DNA of 41,102 nt from Octopus sinensis (taxonomy: Eukaryota), in the NCBI RefSeq assembly GCF_006345805.1, contig NW_021826209.1, forward strand, positions 1 through 41,102, read 5' to 3'. The notes beneath the pieces were generated by a model, which searched no databases, was not told the origin of the DNA, and saw nothing but the letters and a program-made list of their open reading frames with translations. Below, in pieces: positions 35,463 to 41,102 of the stretch. Each line of letters begins with the position of its first letter. The stretch's first letter is position 1. The position numbers and the translations under genes were made by a program.

Positions 35463-35600
35463 ACGTGAACCCTACATATATTAATGGAGTTACACACAGG
35501 CTGCACGTATTTATAGCTCTAAGTATTGATACCACAGCGCCCTCCTGTGGGCAACTGTCTTCTGTAAAAGCGTTTCGAACAGGACTGACACAAATACATA

Positions 35601-35863
35601 CTGGGTTGGTCCATAATTATTGCGGCTATTTTTTTTTTTCAACAAATTTTATTCAACGAAAACAATAACAATATTTAAACAAAAACGTCTTCAAATGATT
35701 ATTCCGGAGCATATTCACCATCTACTTCAATTACTGCTTCCCATTTGCTCGCGAGACGGTCAGACCTTCATTTAAAGATGGTTTTTGTTAAATATTGTTA
35801 TTGTTTTTGTTGAATAAAATTTGTTGAAAATAAAAAAGCCGCAATAATTATGCACCAACCCAA
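35601..35863 (-). mobile_element. 263-bp mariner MITE with about 75-bp TIRs
   Basis: TA|CTGGGTTGGTCCATAATTATTGCGG ... CCGCAATAATTATGCACCAACCCAA|TG; interior SKWEAVIEVDGEYAPE-stop on the minus strand. Confidence 0.88.
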
Positions 35864-35917
35864 TGCATGCATACAGGCACGTACACACACACATCACACA
35901 CACGCACACACGCACAC

Positions 35918-35958
<41 letters not shown>

Positions 35959-36379
35959 GTATGTTCGTACATACAGGGAATGACATTGAATGTTTAGGGG
36001 TGCGTTTGCTCGAACTCGAGATAATTGGGATCCGACTTTCTTGAGCATGTGACCCATATTTGTACTGGATATCTTGCCCTGGCTTGTCTCTGGATCGTGT
36101 CAGTAGGGCGGAGAGGGTCTGTGGGGGTGCTATGGAAGTCTTATTGGACCTAAAATTTTAGGTTGTGCAATCTTCGACGAGGGGACTATTCGACGTCCGG
36201 TCGCGCTGGGGGCGCCGCGCCGAGCATGGAAGCTGCAGACGGGCATCGCTGGCATTTTGCATTGACAATGGCCAGTGATGGTCTTTCTCGATCACGAGTG
36301 GACAGCCATCAACTTCACATTCATGTATGTACGCACGTACGTACTACGTACATATGTAAGTATGCACGTATCTATGTAT

Positions 36380-37056
36380 GTCATTATTCAGTTTTATTTT
36401 AAGATTTCTTGACAATATAGAAAGAGCCGGTTTCTAACCTAGATTCAAGGATCCTTCATTGGAATTTCAACATCAACAACAGAGTATTTTTGTATGTATG
36501 TGTATTTATTTATGTATGTATGTATGTATGTATGTATGTATGTGTGTATTTATTTATGTATGTATGTATGTATGTATGTATGTATGTATGTATGTGTGTA
36601 TGTATGTATGTATGTATGTTTATATGTATGTATGTATGTGTGTATGTATGTAAGTATGTATGTATGTATGTATGTATGTATGTATGTATGTATGTATGTA
36701 TGTATGTATGTATGTATGTATTGTATGTATGTATATATGTATGTAGGCATGCAGACAGTTCTAGTGATCTGTAGTCTTCGAATTAGCATTCTCCTTTCTG
36801 GTTTTGAAAAGCCTAATTTCTCAAGATTGGTATTTAGGCAGTGTACATACATGAATATCCCAGGGTCCCAATAATTACAGATAGAAACCTGAACTTGTAA
36901 TGGATAGAGTAACTCCAGATTTCTCAATAGTTCAGCATCGGTATTCTCCCTTTTCCCCTGATCTTCAGCTGTACGTTAACATACGTTGGGCAGCTAATTT
37001 CCACAACAATACAGTTTCTTTTGTCTATCCTAAATCATTATATCAGGTCTGTTGTG
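36380..37056 (-). mobile_element. R4/Dong-like LINE 3' end, (CATA)n family
   Basis: HNRPDIMI..VVEISCP..KIREKENTDAELLRNLELLYP..NTNLEKLGFSKPERR; 3'UTR with (TATG)n. Confidence 0.85.
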
Positions 37057-37553
37057 CTTAAATTTTATTGAAGTTTTCACTGGGACATTCCACCAGTATA
37101 AACCGGTATCCTTACCTTCATTCAAGAGGAATGAAGATAAGGAACAACGCTCTACAAATATATATGGTTTATAAAAACGTATGACATATTAGCAAAAATC
37201 TGCAAATGTACAACCATCCAAATTTCTGAGCACCTTATTTTTCTAATATATAATACCTGTACATCACCTCCAAATATTCTAATATATATATATATATATA
37301 GATATATATTATATATATATAATATATATATATATATACTAACAATATAGGATGAAGTCCCTACTTCACTACTTGTTACAAGGGGACCGGTAACCATTAC
37401 AATATGTAGCGGCGAAAAGTCACACGTTGTTCTGAGACTGACCAAGGAATTTTCATTTTTAGATATAAATGATGTACTTAAATGTGGTTGTGTTTTTAGC
37501 TTCTGCTTTTTCCATAAACGCATGTGAGTATTTTATTTATATTCCCTCGTAAG

Positions 37554-37613
37554 CTCTACTGACGAAGAATGTATCCCTTATAGGATTAATTCCGAAATTG
37601 ATTCAATATAGAG
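37554..37613 (+). ncRNA. Type I hammerhead ribozyme motif
   Basis: Stem I CUCUA/UAGAG, CUGACGA, stem II GAAU..AUCC/GGAU..AUUC, GAAA, stem III AUUG/CAAU, AUA site at 37606-08. Confidence 0.7.
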
Positions 37614-37758
37614 ATAACAAAATTTAAATTTTCTAACGGTTAGTTGCCCGATTTTCAGTTCAATTTTTCCTGTAGCAAGTGGATTATAAGTGGATAATCA
37701 GTATATTGGCTTTAGAAATTTCTTCTTTAGCCCTTAATTAAAAGATGTATATATATAT

Positions 37759-37818
<60 letters not shown>

Positions 37819-37967
37819 ATATATAATATAATATAATAATATATATATAGTCAAAGTGAGGGCGAAAAATTGGATATTAATTTAATAACACCAATTTAAC
37901 ACCAATGGTTTAGCGCATAAAAAACTGAGATTCAATAAATATTATTAATACATAACTATGAGAGAGA

Positions 37968-38074
37968 ATCCACTATGTGGATGCCCTTAAGCTAAAAAGA
38001 GATCCGCGTGAGTCTCTTAGTGGTTGAGACTCACGCGGATCTCTTTTTAGCGTAAGGGCGTCCACATAGTGGAT
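37968..38074. repeat. Hairpin, 49-bp arms, 9-nt loop
   Basis: 37968-38016 vs 38026-38074, 2 mismatches. Confidence 0.92.
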
Positions 38075-38597
38075 GTATATATACAATGTTTCCTGTTTAT
38101 AGGAACACACATTCCAGCCTTGCTGCAAATAACAAAAAATTATTGAGGGGGCGTAATTATGCCTAACCACTAAGTCTGGTAGTTCACTGACGTCATTTGA
38201 AGCTCGGTTCGATGTGTTTCCATTAACAGAGTCAACATAAATATACTAAATATATTGCTTATACGAATATATATGAAGCGGCTGACCTCCCTTGTTCGAA
38301 GGTTTATAATGGACGCAGTTTGTGTGTCAAATAGCTAGCTTAAGGCGATGGCCTCATGGAGCTAATCAGCGACAGCTTTAGTCTTATATTTATAAGACTG
38401 CCATATTAGTATGGCGATAACTATTCATTTCCAGTAACGCTGCCGTAATCTCCTTTAGAGAGACTTAGTAATTTTAATATTTCTATTATATATATAATGG
38501 ATTTGGTTTGTAAGATTCTTTATACGAGTTCGTGTGTTGAAGCATATTCTGTTGTGTCTGGGGAGAGTCATTTTCTTTTAGTGCCTTATAATATAAC

Positions 38598-38816
38598 ACA
38601 CTCACCGGTAAAATTTCCACTTTTTTCTTATTTTTATTGTCCTAAAATTTTCGTCGCGTCTTGCAACCTTTTCAATAGTTTTGACTCTCCTTCTTTAGCA
38701 CACAATTTCCAAGCATCCAACAATGAGTCAAAACTATTGAAAAGGTTGCAAGACGCAACGAAAATGTTAGGACAATAAAAATAAGAAAAAAAAATGGAAA
38801 TTTTACCGGTGAGTGT
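38598..38816. repeat. Hairpin, about 90-bp arms, 37-nt spacer
   Basis: 38598-38687 vs 38725-38816, few mismatches or indels. Confidence 0.92.
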
Positions 38817-38826
38817 ATTAAGGCAC

Positions 38827-38932
38827 AATTATAATAGGGGTTTTTTGCAACAAGTTGCATACTGAAAATATTAGAAATATATTTTCGGTATGTGGTTTAA
38901 GCAACTTGTTGCAAAAAACCCCTATTATAATT
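38827..38932. repeat. Hairpin, perfect 32-bp arms
   Basis: 38827-38858 vs 38901-38932. Confidence 0.92.
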
Positions 38933-39043
38933 ATATAAATTTTTACCGAATATGGTCCTTTTCATACCGAAATACTACGAGGTGAAATTTATTGATTTTA
39001 TTAAAATTAATTATATTTCACCCTTTATCTGTATTGTATATAT

Positions 39044-39098
<55 letters not shown>

Positions 39099-39105
39099 CT
39101 ATATA

Positions 39106-40378
39106 TCAGGTCATCCCATAAGTTCTGTCCGATTTTACCTTTTTAAACTGAATGAAATTTAATAGTATTTTAGAATGCCCAATGAATTTAAAATTATTTT
39201 TATGCATTTGTGTACATTTAAGCTGATTAAATATATTTTACAGAATAATAGAATTAAAATTTCTTTGATTAAAACCCTTTCTAACATGGAAGTATCCAAA
39301 GAGCATTTGAGGTACATAATGCTTTATGAGTACAAAAAAGGAAACTCTGCAGCCAAAGCGACTCGAAACATACACTCAGTTTATGGGAAAGAATGCTTGA
39401 ATGAAAGAACTTGCACAAGATGGTTCGCAAAATTCAGAAGTGGAGATTTCAGCCTTGAATAAGATGTCCAGTTGAGTTTGAAGATAAGCTCTTTGAGGAA
39501 TTACTTGAAGAAAATCCTGCATTATCAGTTGAAGAATTAGCAATAAAGTTTAGTTCAAACCATAGAACTGTTCATCGTCATCTTCAACAACTCGGAAAGG
39601 TTCCTAAACTTGGAAAATGGGTGCCTCATGAATTGTCCGAAAGCAGCCACAAATCCCGAGTTGACATTTGCTCTTCCCTCCATTCTCACGAACTCATTTC
39701 ACCCTTTTTTTGATAGACTTGTGACTGGTGACGAAAAATGGATCTTCTATCGAAATGTTAAACGTCGTAAACAGTGGCTTGGTAAAAAGGAAAAAGCTCA
39801 ACCACAACCGAGAAAGGAACTTCATGGGAAAAAGGTACTTCTCTCTATCTGGTGGGATTGCAAAGGAGTAATTCACTTTGAATTGTTACCACCACCTAAT
39901 GCAACAATCAATGCTCAAGTCTACTGTCAGCAATTAAAGCGTTTGAACCAAGCTTTGAAGAAAAAAAGACCCGCTTTAGTGAATTGAAAAGGAGTGATGT
40001 TTCATCAGGACAATGCGCGACCCCATATTTCAAAGATCACATCACAGAAGATCGAAGGGCTTGGTTGGGAAAAAATTCCTCATCCACCTTATTCTCCCGA
40101 TCTTGCTCCTTCAGACTACCATTTGTTTCGTAGTTTACAGAATCATTTGGTGGACATAACTTTCGCAAGCTACGAGGTCGAAAACTGACATTTCAGAGTT
40201 CTTCGCTTTGAAACCAAAAGAGTTTTACATTGATGGGATTAAAAAGCTTATAAATAGATGGAAGGAAGTCATAGATAATCAGGGAAAGTACATTGATGAT
40301 TAAATTTCAATTAAATATAACATTTGATCACTTGTTTTCTTTATTCAAAATTCGAACAGAACTTATGGGATGACCTGA
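39106..40378 (+). mobile_element. Mariner, mauritiana subfamily (Mos1-like), full length 1273 bp, pseudogenised transposase 39286-40303
   Basis: TIR TCAGGTCATCCCATAAGTTCTGT, TA TSD; MEVSKEHLRYIMLYEY, WVPHEL, VTGDEKW, HQDNARPH, YSPDLAPSDYHLF; in-frame stops at 39460 and 39985. Confidence 0.95.
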
Positions 40379-40486
40379 TATATACGCATATATATTGTAT
40401 ATGCACACATATATGCATATATACATTTCCATATATATAATTACACACACACAACTGTATATTTATATATGTATATCTATAATGAT

Positions 40487-40775
40487 AAAGACCCCTTTCG
40501 GTTATGAATGACCATGGGATTGCACCAAGAAAGTTCCCCTCCGAGGCACAAGTTCGGGCAAGGTTGTTTGTGTAAGACCAGAAGTCACCCATGCATACCA
40601 GCCTCCAAGGGAAAAGCAAAGGGGCCGATACAGCTTGGCACCAGTGACGTCGCAACTCATTTCTACAGCTGAGTGAACTGGAGCAACGTGAAGTAAAGAG
40701 TCTTGTTCAAGAACAAACACAACAAACAGCCCTGACCGAGAATCGAGTGCGAGCCCGACGCTCTAACCACTGAGC
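40487..40775 (-). mobile_element. tRNA-derived SINE family E (shares the central block with family D, different tail)
   Basis: gctcagtggttagagcg head and ttcacgttgctccagttcactcagctg block on the minus strand. Confidence 0.75.
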
Positions 40776-40796
40776 TATATATATATATATAATATA

Positions 40797-40867
<71 letters not shown>

Positions 40868-40931
40868 CTTACACACACACAAACATGTCAGCCTTATCGT
40901 TGTCGTCGTCGTTGTCATCGTCATCGTCATT

Positions 40932-40963
<32 letters not shown>

Positions 40964-41102
40964 TATCTCGTCGTCGTCGTCGTCGTTATTAATTATTAGT
41001 TATTACTGCGACCTTTAAATCCGAGCTGCTGTTGTTATGAAGTGATTGACAAGGGTACCCGGGGTATATATTGTTCTGAACTTAACAACGCCCTTTAAAA
41101 CG

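Noticed and set aside
38722-38765. ATGAGTC...GACGCAAC as a hammerhead
   Set aside because: Lacks CUG and has GCAAC instead of GAAAC.

Overview
Eukaryotic, AT-rich, extremely microsatellite- and repeat-dense DNA. The SINE families and repeat landscape are most consistent with an Octopus/coleoid cephalopod genome (inferred from recalled repeat sequences, not a database search). Many single-base indels between duplicated copies suggest an imperfectly polished long-read assembly. One host gene is supportable, on the minus strand: a secreted vWA-domain protein. It has a signal-peptide exon built from (ATG)n/(ACG)n microsatellite (7539-7640), four frame-compatible microexons (39, 57, 49, 39 nt) and a 570-nt phase-1/1 vWA exon with an intact MIDAS motif (1782-2351). 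One microexon is tandemly duplicated through a crossover between two SINE copies. The rest is mostly mobile DNA: several tRNA-derived SINE families (one forming dimers and trimers), about eight R4/Dong-like (RLE) LINE fragments embedded in microsatellites, four Tc1/mariner-type elements, several MITEs, and probable Penelope-like remnants carrying hammerhead ribozyme motifs. The most striking unexplained structure is a roughly 375-bp fold-back with a canonical hammerhead on each strand (33030-33405). Almost all ORFs in the supplied track are microsatellite artefacts. All alignments and folds were done by eye.
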